From: an uncultured Clostridia bacterium
Lineage (GTDB): Bacteria; Bacillota; Clostridia; TANB77; CAG-508
Assembly: GCA_934169775.1 (NCBI GenBank)
Contig: CAKPOI010000004.1
Location: 13,853-77,852 of the forward strand
Length of the DNA stretch: 64,000 bases
Reading direction: 5' to 3'
The position numbers were made by a program, and so were the translations under genes. This document shows positions 37,890 through 46,491 of this stretch, in pieces. How positions within the stretch are numbered: position 1 is the stretch's first letter; every line of letters starts with the position of its first letter. The notes beneath the pieces are model-generated. The model was not told the DNA's origin, searched no databases, and was given only the letters and a program-made list of their open reading frames with translations.

Positions 37890-38970
37890 CAAATTCCCCA
37901 CTTCTATATAGTTTTTCTAAATTATGTCCCTCTCTTAATTCTCTATCAGTACTATTGACAATTGATGTTAATCTTTCAGTATTTAATATAAAGAAGCAAT
38001 CTGGTCTCATAATTCTATTACTTAATAAACTTGTATTATGTGTTGTAGTTACTGTTTGACAATTATTAATATTTTCTAACATTTTTATTATTTTTTCTGA
38101 TAGTTCATAATGATAAAATGCATCAAACTCATCTATATACAAGAAAGCCAATTTTTCTATATTTCTAAGCCATATAAATAACTTTACTAAAGCTTTTGTT
38201 CCGCTTGATATAGACGTTATAAAATCTATTGATTTTTTATGTTGTAAATATATTTCTTTCTTTCCTGTTGGTAAAGTTTTTAATTCTAATTTTTCATTAA
38301 TATCAAATTTATTCAAAAATCTTTCTAACTCTTTAACCTGATTTTTTTCTATTATATCTTCTATATATATATTATTTTTATTTTCCAACAAGTTATTTCC
38401 ACTTATAAAACTCATTCCAGAAATAAATTCATATAACTTTTTTAGTATGTTTGATTCATCTAATGGAATATTATTGACTATATAGTTAAGTATACTTACA
38501 TTATTTTCTAGTGTTTCCCAATTCAATGTTGATGCATTTATTAATTCTATATTTCCTAGATTTTTCTTTTTACTAATATGATTATACGTAAATATATGAT
38601 TTTGATTTATTTCCAATGTTTCAAGTGTTAATCTTGCATCTTCTCCTTTTTTATATTCATACACAATTTCATTATTATCTATTTCAAAAATATATTTAAA
38701 TCTTGCTTCTTTTTTATTTGAGTCTGCATTTATATAATTTTGGTCTAATATTAAAAAATTCGGAATTCTTACAAAATTGTCTTTTATATCCATTAACGCT
38801 GTTCCTAAATTAGTCTTTCCTACTGCATTTTTGCCATATATTATTATATTATTTAGTTTTTTGTCTTTTACACAATTACTATTAAACTTATAATCTCGTA
38901 CATCTGAAAAATCTAATGAAACTATATTTTTAAAATTTTTATATCCTTCTACTTCAAAATACTTTATCAT
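37882..38970 (-). CDS. AAA_15/AAA_21-type (ABC/SMC-like) ATPase, candidate defence ATPase
   Basis: Walker A GKNAVGKT, signature-like SSGTKAL, Walker B LAFLYIDEFDAFYH and H-loop TTHN. 362 aa. Confidence 0.8.
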   Translation of the reverse strand: MIKYFEVEGYKNFKNIVSLDFSDVRDYKFNSNCVKDKKLNNIIIYGKNAVGKTNLGTALMDIKDNFVRIPNFLILDQNYINADSNKKEARFKYIFEIDNNEIVYEYKKGEDARLTLETLEINQNHIFTYNHISKKKNLGNIELINASTLNWETLENNVSILNYIVNNIPLDESNILKKLYEFISGMSFISGNNLLENKNNIYIEDIIEKNQVKELERFLNKFDINEKLELKTLPTGKKEIYLQHKKSIDFITSISSGTKALVKLFIWLRNIEKLAFLYIDEFDAFYHYELSEKIIKMLENINNCQTVTTTHNTSLLSNRIMRPDCFFILNTERLTSIVNSTDRELREGHNLEKLYRSGEFDG

Positions 38971-39011
38971 AATCTCACTCCTTTATCGTAATTTTTTTAC
39001 GGATTTATTAT

Positions 39012-39040
39012 ATTATATCCTAACCGTATTTATTTTACAA
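39012..39040 (-). promoter_or_regulatory. own sigma-A promoter of the ATPase/RloB-like pair
   Basis: Minus strand TTGTAA (39040-39035), 17 nt, TATAAT (39017-39012), about 40 nt upstream of ATG 38970. Confidence 0.5.
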
Positions 39041-39139
39041 CCTTTTTGCAAAATTTTTAATATGTTTTTTAAGATTCATTAAGGACAGAGAAAAAATATA
39101 TTTTTTACTCTGCCCTTAATTTTTTTTAATAAATCCAGT

Positions 39140-39170
39140 AATGCTTTTTGACTCCGTCCCCAAAAGCATT
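39140..39170. repeat. single copy of the TCCGTCCCCAAAAG hairpin, abutting the stop codon of the SLH gene
   Basis: AATGCTTTT-tgactccgtcccc-AAAAGCATT: a 9-bp stem with the conserved GC-rich loop. Confidence 0.7.
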
Positions 39171-40230
39171 ATTTTATTGATTTGCAATAGTTACTTAACA
39201 TGGCTGCTGCTTCTGCCCTTGTTGCTGTTCCTTGTGGATTCAAGTATCCTTTTGATCCATTTATTATTTTGTTTCCTACTGCCCAATTCATTCCCCATTT
39301 TGCATAGCTTGAGATTTTATTACTATCTTTAAACCCTGAAAAATTTGCTATTACAGCTTTATATTTTCCTTTATAGTTACAATATTGATTTAATATTACA
39401 GCTAATTGTTCTCTTGTAATTGGGTCATTTGGTCCAAATTTTCCATTACTATAACCACTTACAATTTTGTTCTTTGCTGCCCATTTTACTGCTATATAAT
39501 AATATTCATTTGTGTCTTGTACATCTGAAAATTTGCTTGTTCCTGAGACATATGGTCTATTTTCCATGTTATGTAACATTGTTACTAGCATTCCTCTTGT
39601 TACTTTATCATTAGGTGAAAATGTATATGAGTTAGTTCCTGAAATCATTTTATTTTCATAAGTATATTTTACAGCTGAATAACTCCAGTCATCTTTTGGT
39701 ACATCTATAAAAGGTATTCCATTTGAATTTTTTACTGTATCTTTTATTTTGAATGAATTATATACTGCATTTTCATCATTAGCAGATGTTCCATTTGGAT
39801 CTACTGACATAAATAATAGCATATATGAGTAATTATCTGATATGAAGTGATAACCAATTGTATAAATCGTTGTATTTGATGATGTACTTTGTAATTCTAT
39901 TTTTACACCTTTGCAGCTATTATGTTCTATTGCTTTTTTACTTTTTACTTTATAATTAAGTTTTGTGAATTGATTTGCTAAAAGTTCAATATATGTATCA
40001 TCTATTACTATAGATTTACTTTCTGCTGATGCTTGTACTGATATTGCTTTTCTTGTATCTGATGTTTGCACTAAAATTTTGCTTGATAAATTGTCTATTT
40101 CACTATTATAGCTACTTGGCAATGTTATACTAAATGCTTCTTTGTTATATGTTGCGGCTTTTGATGTAGTAATGTTTAAAATTATAAATGCTACAGCTAT
40201 TATTGCTGTTATTAAAAATTTCTTTTTCAT
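39169..40230 (-). CDS. secreted protein with three C-terminal S-layer homology (SLH) domains
   Basis: Signal peptide MKKKFLITAIIAVAFIILNITTSKA. Three SLH repeats: FIDVPKDDWSYSAVKY..TRGMLVTML, FSDVQDTNEYYYIAVKW..TREQLAVIL, FKDSNKISSYAKWGMNW..TRAEAAAML. Confidence 0.85.
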   Translation of the reverse strand: MKKKFLITAIIAVAFIILNITTSKAATYNKEAFSITLPSSYNSEIDNLSSKILVQTSDTRKAISVQASAESKSIVIDDTYIELLANQFTKLNYKVKSKKAIEHNSCKGVKIELQSTSSNTTIYTIGYHFISDNYSYMLLFMSVDPNGTSANDENAVYNSFKIKDTVKNSNGIPFIDVPKDDWSYSAVKYTYENKMISGTNSYTFSPNDKVTRGMLVTMLHNMENRPYVSGTSKFSDVQDTNEYYYIAVKWAAKNKIVSGYSNGKFGPNDPITREQLAVILNQYCNYKGKYKAVIANFSGFKDSNKISSYAKWGMNWAVGNKIINGSKGYLNPQGTATRAEAAAMLSNYCKSIK

Positions 40231-40245
40231 TATTATTCCCCCTAT

Positions 40246-41676
40246 TTACTTTTTCACTTCCTTTCCTAATTTTTTATTGATAATATTTTTAATATATGAA
40301 ACACTATTTTTGTTTATTATTATTGCAAATACTATTACTACTAGAAGTATAATTGCTGATATCATAGTGTTTCTTAAGTAATATGTTATAATTGTAATTA
40401 TATATATTAATATTGATAACATTATTAAAACTTTATTTACTGTAAAGTTTACATATTTTTTTACATCTATCCATCTATATATAAACATTGCTGCATATGC
40501 CACTAATGTTGATATTGATGCTGCATATAATCCTATCTGTTTTATTAATACTACATTTACTACTATATTTATTACTGCCGCCATTACTGATGTTTTCGCT
40601 ATTTCTTTTGTTAATTTTTTTGCTACATATACTGACCCCAAAAAACTTACTAATATATTAAATATTGAACCTATTATTAAAATTGGTATTTGAAAATATG
40701 CCTCATTAAATTTTTCATTTATTAATATATTAAACACAAATGGCATTATTGCTATTGTACCTAAACATAAACTTCCAAAAAATCTAATAACAAAATCTAA
40801 TATTTCGCTAAAGAATTCATCTTTATCTTCTGAATTTATATTTATTGATGCTGATTCTGTCCATGTTAGATTAAATACACTGTATAATGTTGTAAATACT
40901 CCAGAGAACTTATTTGCTGCTGAATATATTCCATTTTGTGCTACTCCTAATATTGTTGATATTATTGTTCTGTCTGATGCACTTACAATCCACCATGATA
41001 TCATATTTGGTATTAGTGGTACCGAATATTTTATTATTTCCTTCAATACTTTTTTGTCATATTTCTTTGGCTTTATATACTTGTTTAGCCTTTTGGCTAT
41101 AAAAATATATACTGCACATAGTAAATTTGATATCGCTGTTGCTGCTAACATTCCATATGCTCCCCAGTGAAATGCTACTATGAATAGTACATTTAATACT
41201 ACTGTTATTGCACCTGTTATAAAACTTCCTATTGCATATTTTGTGTTGTCCCCTAGACCTCTGCATATTTGTAATAATACTGTTGAAAATATTCCCATTA
41301 ATAAATTTGCCATTAAGTAATATTTGTATTGGTTATGTATAAATGAACTTAAAACTAAAAATATTAAAATACATATTAGTGTTTGTATTAGTGTAAATCT
41401 TAAAATTGTTGTTATTAATGTTGTTTGTTTTTCTTTATCTTCTCTACAGTCTATTAAGTATCTAAATATTCCTTGCTCTATTTGCAATGTTGCTATTGGC
41501 AATAGTAAACTCGTTAATGTGTTTAGTAAATCTACTACTCCATATTCTTCATTACTTAATACTGCTGTATATACTGGTAATAAGAAAAATGTTATTAATT
41601 GTGTACATATTTTTCCAATAGAAACTATTGCTGTATTTTTTAGTAGTTCTTTTCCTTTACTCACTGTAAAATTCAA
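40246..41676 (-). CDS. Wzx-type oligosaccharide flippase (MOP superfamily)
   Basis: 476-aa polytopic membrane ORF with the typical polysaccharide-biosynthesis-protein N-terminus (KNTAIVSIGKICTQLITFFLLPVYTAVLSNEEYGVVDL). The TTG start is uncertain. Confidence 0.82.
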   Translation of the reverse strand: MNFTVSKGKELLKNTAIVSIGKICTQLITFFLLPVYTAVLSNEEYGVVDLLNTLTSLLLPIATLQIEQGIFRYLIDCREDKEKQTTLITTILRFTLIQTLICILIFLVLSSFIHNQYKYYLMANLLMGIFSTVLLQICRGLGDNTKYAIGSFITGAITVVLNVLFIVAFHWGAYGMLAATAISNLLCAVYIFIAKRLNKYIKPKKYDKKVLKEIIKYSVPLIPNMISWWIVSASDRTIISTILGVAQNGIYSAANKFSGVFTTLYSVFNLTWTESASININSEDKDEFFSEILDFVIRFFGSLCLGTIAIMPFVFNILINEKFNEAYFQIPILIIGSIFNILVSFLGSVYVAKKLTKEIAKTSVMAAVINIVVNVVLIKQIGLYAASISTLVAYAAMFIYRWIDVKKYVNFTVNKVLIMLSILIYIITIITYYLRNTMISAIILLVVIVFAIIINKNSVSYIKNIINKKLGKEVKK

Positions 41677-41705
41677 TCCTCTCTATTTGCGTTTTATGAA
41701 TAAAA

Positions 41706-41877
41706 TTTAACGCCGCCAAAATTATAATTATTTTTCAAACTTTTTTCTGCATTTCAGTTGGAAAAGAATTAAATTTTGGCAAGGCAAACAAATTTAAAAT
41801 TTATGAGGCGTACGCTTTGTACGTTGATTAAATTTTAAATGAAGTTTAACGCCGCCAAAATTATAATTATTTTTCAA
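41706..41877. repeat. imperfect palindromic intergenic element, copy 2, with a 33-nt duplicated end
   Basis: The full copy is at 41756-41877. Its 3' end tttaacgccgccaaaattataattatttttcaa (41845-41877) is also present at 41706-41738. Confidence 0.8.
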
Positions 41878-42910
41878 CTAGTACTTTGTCCAGTTTTAAA
41901 AAATGCATATTCGCATCCTCTTTTTGTTTATCTATATTATAAGTTCTAATCAAATCTTCTTCTTTTATTAAGTTCATATCAAAGTCATTTATTTTTCTTA
42001 TATCAATAATTGGTGTATCTAATTCCATATCTTGTAATACATGTAAAGTTTTGTCACTATATAAAACAGGTAATATACTTTTTCCTAATACTAGGCCTAT
42101 TATATTTGCATGGAATCTGCCTCCAACAATTAATTGTGAATCTGCCATTATGTTTAAAGCTTCTTCAATATTTCCATTATAATAATATTTTTCTATATGT
42201 TGTTTTTGTTCTTCTGGTATTTTAGTATAAATTCTTTCTATTTCTTCTTCATCATGTTCTACTTTGCAGAATGACATTAAACAAATTTCGTAATCTTTTT
42301 TTATTAAAAATTCTATTAATTCTAACATTTTTTCTTCATATTGTTCTTGATATTTTTCAGATATTTTATCTTTTGGTGATATTATCGATATTATTGCTCT
42401 TTTTCTGTTAGTATTTTTTATATTTGATGTATCCATTGAAAATACTATGTCTGATGCTTGTCTTGCATTTGGTAAATCTTTAAATAAATTGTATGAATAT
42501 TTATCTCTAAAGCACACATCTTCAACTTTGCTTAGCATATTGTGTATATTGTTATAGTATTCTTGTGTTTTATATGGTCCAAAATTTATTCCTAGTACAT
42601 ATCTTTTATTTTTTCCTAGTGAAAAATCTCTTTTTGCATCTTCTTTTTCCATAAACATGCTGCCACCAATTGTTACAACTGAATCATAATGATTAGCCAA
42701 ATATTTTTCCCATTGGAATTTTTTTAAGGTTTTAAATAAATATTTATTATTATATACTTTTAAGTTCTTAGTGCTATATCCTTTTTCTCCTTCTGATATT
42801 GCATAAAATTTATGTTGTGGATATCTATTTGTTAGGATATTTACAAATAAGTCATCTCCTAAATTTTTTGCTAAATATGCATCTACATATATTTTCAATT
42901 TTAATATCAT
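41867..42910 (-). CDS. polysaccharide pyruvyl transferase family protein (CsaB-like)
   Basis: 347-aa ORF with LGDDLF.., ..TIGGSMF.. and ..VGGRFHANIIGLVLGKSILPVLYSDKTLHVL, matching the PS_pyruv_trans pattern. Confidence 0.78.
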   Translation of the reverse strand: MILKLKIYVDAYLAKNLGDDLFVNILTNRYPQHKFYAISEGEKGYSTKNLKVYNNKYLFKTLKKFQWEKYLANHYDSVVTIGGSMFMEKEDAKRDFSLGKNKRYVLGINFGPYKTQEYYNNIHNMLSKVEDVCFRDKYSYNLFKDLPNARQASDIVFSMDTSNIKNTNRKRAIISIISPKDKISEKYQEQYEEKMLELIEFLIKKDYEICLMSFCKVEHDEEEIERIYTKIPEEQKQHIEKYYYNGNIEEALNIMADSQLIVGGRFHANIIGLVLGKSILPVLYSDKTLHVLQDMELDTPIIDIRKINDFDMNLIKEEDLIRTYNIDKQKEDANMHFLKLDKVLVEK

Positions 42911-42977
42911 TCCTTTCTCAAGTCACAAATTCAATTCCAAAAATCAAATTTCAGTAATTCATTTTTTGTTGGTAATG

Positions 42978-43040
42978 TTTTTGCTCCGCTCCCAATGTAC
43001 TCAAAAAGCATTAGTGCTTTTTGAGTCCGTCCCCAAAAGC
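42978..43040 (+). repeat. bipartite copy of the TCCG-N-CCCCAAAAG element directly after the GT2 stop codon
   Basis: tttttgctccgctcccaa (42978-42995) and ctttttgagtccgtccccaaaagc (43017-43040). Between them, CTCAAAAAGCA-ttag-TGCTTTTTGAG forms an alternative 11-bp hairpin. Confidence 0.7.
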
Positions 43041-43041
43041 A

Positions 43042-44034
43042 TCATCTCTTTCTGATATTATTTAAAACTATAAATAATTTTACCATAAATTTTCCTTTTA
43101 AGAAAAAATATTTTATGGCTAATTTCATTTTCTTATCAGTTACATTTTTCTCTAATTCTTTTAGTTCTTCTTTGTATTCTTTTTTTGATATAATTTCTTG
43201 TAATTGTTTATCTTTTTCTTTTTTTGTTGCTGGATTATTTGCTTTATATATGTCTATTATTTGGTTATAATAAACTCTAGCAAATCTATTATATATATAG
43301 CTCATATTCCAATTTTTTTCTTTATAAATGTTTTCTAAATATTTTGTTAATGCATATTCTATATCAAATTTATTTGCTCTATATTTTGAGTTTAGCCCTA
43401 ATTCTCCATCTGTATATATGTATAAAGCTTCATTTATATAGCTTGCTTTTTCTATATTTTTAGTATAATCTAAATTAAATAAAAAATCTTCTCCTAATTC
43501 ATATTCTTTATTGAATCTTACTTTATTTTCTTTTATAATTTCTGCAATAAAGAGTTTATTCCATAATTGATTGTATAAATATTGTTCTTTTAATGTTTCT
43601 ATATATTCTTCTATGTTTTTTGTATTTGTTATATTTTCGTTGTTATTTATTAGTACTTGTTTTTTTTCATATACTGTTTTATATCCACAAGTTACTAGCT
43701 GAGTTTTATTTTGTAATAAATTTTCTAACATTTTTTCTAGATATTCTTTTTCGTATTTGTCATCTGAATCTAAAAATGTTATATAATTTCCTGTTGCATT
43801 TTCTAGTCCTGCATTTCTTGCTTCACTTACATTTGCAATTTCTTGATATATGTATTTTATTCTATTATCATTGAATTTTTTTATTATTTCTTCAGCTTGT
43901 CCTTTTTTTCCGTTTTCTATAATTAGCAATTCCCAGTCTTGATATGTTTGATTAATTACAGATTCTATTGCTTTATATAATATTTTATCTGCATTATATG
44001 TTGGCAATATTATTGATATTTTGTTTTCTTTCAT
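43042..44034 (-). CDS. family 2 glycosyltransferase
   Basis: ISIILPTYNADKILYKAIESVINQTY, FLDSDD (DxD). Confidence 0.88.
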   Translation of the reverse strand: MKENKISIILPTYNADKILYKAIESVINQTYQDWELLIIENGKKGQAEEIIKKFNDNRIKYIYQEIANVSEARNAGLENATGNYITFLDSDDKYEKEYLEKMLENLLQNKTQLVTCGYKTVYEKKQVLINNNENITNTKNIEEYIETLKEQYLYNQLWNKLFIAEIIKENKVRFNKEYELGEDFLFNLDYTKNIEKASYINEALYIYTDGELGLNSKYRANKFDIEYALTKYLENIYKEKNWNMSYIYNRFARVYYNQIIDIYKANNPATKKEKDKQLQEIISKKEYKEELKELEKNVTDKKMKLAIKYFFLKGKFMVKLFIVLNNIRKR

Positions 44035-44173
44035 TTTAATTTTATTCCTTTCTTGCTTTGCTCAATAGTCTATATGACTGCAATTCTTTTACTAATTATA
44101 TTCTTTTCTAGTGTCATAGACTTGTTAGGAATTTTTTGCGATTGCAGATTGGTATAATATTCATTAATTCAAA

Positions 44174-45247
44174 TCAAAGTTCTATTATTTTTTTTACTTT
44201 AGGAATTTTTCTTATTATAAGTGTTATTATTAAGCTTAGTGTAAGTACTGTTATAACTTTAACTATTCTAAATGTTAATGATAATTGTTCTGTATATATG
44301 CTATTTACTATTCGTATTATTATAATATGGATTAAGTATATTCCCAAAGAATTTTTTGAAATTGTCTCTATGATTTTATTATACCATTTTTCTTTGCTTT
44401 TGTAATTATATGTGGCTGCAAATATTCCAATTAATATTAATGGCATAAATATGCTTCCATAACTAAAATTCTGCATATATGTTTTATTTTGAAGTTTTGA
44501 TGTAATAACTGCAAATATAAAAGCTATTACCCATGATGTTATTCCTATGATAATCCATTTAATTCTTATTTTTTTATCTTCAAATTTTTCTTTATTTTCA
44601 AATAAATATCCACCTAACATGAAAAATATTAAGAAATTTCTGTTATATAATATTTGAAATTTGGATATATATGTTGTTATTAAATTTATTGTGTTACATT
44701 CAATTTTTGTGTTTATTAAATCTGATATCAAATTTAATAAATTACATCCCATTGTAAATATTAATATCACTACAAATAAGTAATTGTATACTTTTTGCTC
44801 TTTATCATGTACTATTTTTATTATTGGATATATTAGATATAGTGATATTAGGTTTTGTAAAAACCATAATACCCCTGTATATTTATTGTTAATATCTGTT
44901 ATAAATATATTTTTTATTATTTCTGATATTTTTAATTGTTCATTATATATTAATTTTGTTCCTATTGTTAATATTACTGACCATAATATTAATATAGCAA
45001 ATATTTTTAATGTTTTTAATAAATGTTTTTTTAAGTCAAATTCTTTTTTATTTATTACTAAATACCCATTTACTAAAATAAATATTGCTACTCCTTCACA
45101 TATTATTCTAAAAAAATACTGAATATATGATGAAATATTATTATTTTGTATAAAGTCTAATTTAAATAATTGTGAATGTAATGCTATGACCATTAATATT
45201 GCTAGTGTTTTTAATAAATCTATATTGGCATATCTCTTTTTTTCCAT
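44174..45247 (-). CDS. acyltransferase family 3 membrane protein (sugar O-acyltransferase)
   Basis: 357-aa 10-TM ORF starting NIDLLKTLAILMVIALHS, typical of acyltransferase_3. Confidence 0.82.
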   Translation of the reverse strand: MEKKRYANIDLLKTLAILMVIALHSQLFKLDFIQNNNISSYIQYFFRIICEGVAIFILVNGYLVINKKEFDLKKHLLKTLKIFAILILWSVILTIGTKLIYNEQLKISEIIKNIFITDINNKYTGVLWFLQNLISLYLIYPIIKIVHDKEQKVYNYLFVVILIFTMGCNLLNLISDLINTKIECNTINLITTYISKFQILYNRNFLIFFMLGGYLFENKEKFEDKKIRIKWIIIGITSWVIAFIFAVITSKLQNKTYMQNFSYGSIFMPLILIGIFAATYNYKSKEKWYNKIIETISKNSLGIYLIHIIIIRIVNSIYTEQLSLTFRIVKVITVLTLSLIITLIIRKIPKVKKIIEL

Positions 45248-45270
45248 TTTGAGTTTTGTTCCTTTCTTGC

Positions 45271-46422
45271 TTAGTCTAAAGGTTCACTCTTATATTTTTC
45301 AAATATTGTTTTATATGGTAGTACTTCATTATCATTGTTTAAAATATTTGTATATGTGAAGATTGATGTAAATCCTATTACTATACATATATATGTTATT
45401 GTTTTTATTGCTTTAGCTGTAATGTCTTTGTTTATTTTTTGTTTGATTTTTTGTGCTATCTTTTCATATTTTGTTATATTAAAGAAATATGGTATTGATA
45501 AGATTTGGAATGCACTAAAATATATCATTATTCTCATAAATTGAGTGTGTATTACACCTGATACAGTAAATAATAGTGTTAATCCCTGGATATTTAATAA
45601 TGTTATTTCTTCTCTTTCAATTTTATCATTGTTTTTCCTTTGATAATAATAAATAATACTCATCCATACATATATTATTAAATTTCTTGCTATTGTTATT
45701 ATTGATAAGTCTCCTTGTGCAAATTTTCCTGTTAAATAAATATTAAATCTAGTATTTTCTATTATTGGTGAAATTATTGCCATTATGTTTTTATTTAATA
45801 TTAAGATTAATATGCTTATAGGTAGTACCCATTTTATATTGATTAAGTTTTTTCTTGTTAAGAATATGATTGCAAAACATATTATACTTGATGAATGCAT
45901 TAAGAATGCTAAAATTGCGCATATTGTAAATAATATGTAAGCTTTTTTTCTGTTTTCATTCATTAAGAATTGGTATCCTAATAATATAAATGCTACTGCC
46001 ATATATTGTCTTATTAGATTTAGTGTTCCAAAAAAATATCCTCCTAGGAAAAATATTATTATGCTTAATATTGTATTTGATGATTTTTTGTACATTACTT
46101 CGAAAAATATTGATAATATTATTAGTGATGTTACTATAAATAATAAATATGAATCATCTGTAAAAATTAAACATATATAATCTATTATTTTGAATCCTAT
46201 TTCTAAGTCTTCTACTTCTATTCCTTCTCTGATCATATCATAATTTGCCACATATCTTTTGCCATAGTCTGTTCCTACATTGTATCTTAATGCTGAAACT
46301 AGTAGCATTGGTAGTACTGCTATTATTAATAATGTTATTTTGGTTTTTTTGCTCTTGGCTTTTGTTTTAGCTAACCATATGAATAATATAGTGAGAAAAA
46401 AACTTATTATATATATATGCAT
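45271..46422 (-). CDS. EpsG-family polysaccharide polymerase-like membrane protein
   Basis: 383-aa polytopic ORF. The ALRYNVGTDYGKRY loop after TM2 is characteristic of EpsG. Confidence 0.75.
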   Translation of the reverse strand: MHIYIISFFLTILFIWLAKTKAKSKKTKITLLIIAVLPMLLVSALRYNVGTDYGKRYVANYDMIREGIEVEDLEIGFKIIDYICLIFTDDSYLLFIVTSLIILSIFFEVMYKKSSNTILSIIIFFLGGYFFGTLNLIRQYMAVAFILLGYQFLMNENRKKAYILFTICAILAFLMHSSSIICFAIIFLTRKNLINIKWVLPISILILILNKNIMAIISPIIENTRFNIYLTGKFAQGDLSIITIARNLIIYVWMSIIYYYQRKNNDKIEREEITLLNIQGLTLLFTVSGVIHTQFMRIMIYFSAFQILSIPYFFNITKYEKIAQKIKQKINKDITAKAIKTITYICIVIGFTSIFTYTNILNNDNEVLPYKTIFEKYKSEPLD

Positions 46423-46491
46423 TTATTTTCTTCCTTCCTTAATTTGTATAAATCTAACTAAAAATATAATTTATTAAGCTTATTAAAAATT

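Noticed and set aside
36176-39168. Calling the HD/ATPase/RloB segment, or the AAA-35 gene at 3523-5190, a mobile element.
   Set aside because: No transposase, integrase, recombinase or clear terminal inverted repeats or target duplications are present. Only flanking short repeats are seen, so mobility remains inference and is reported as a finding rather than a mobile_element feature.
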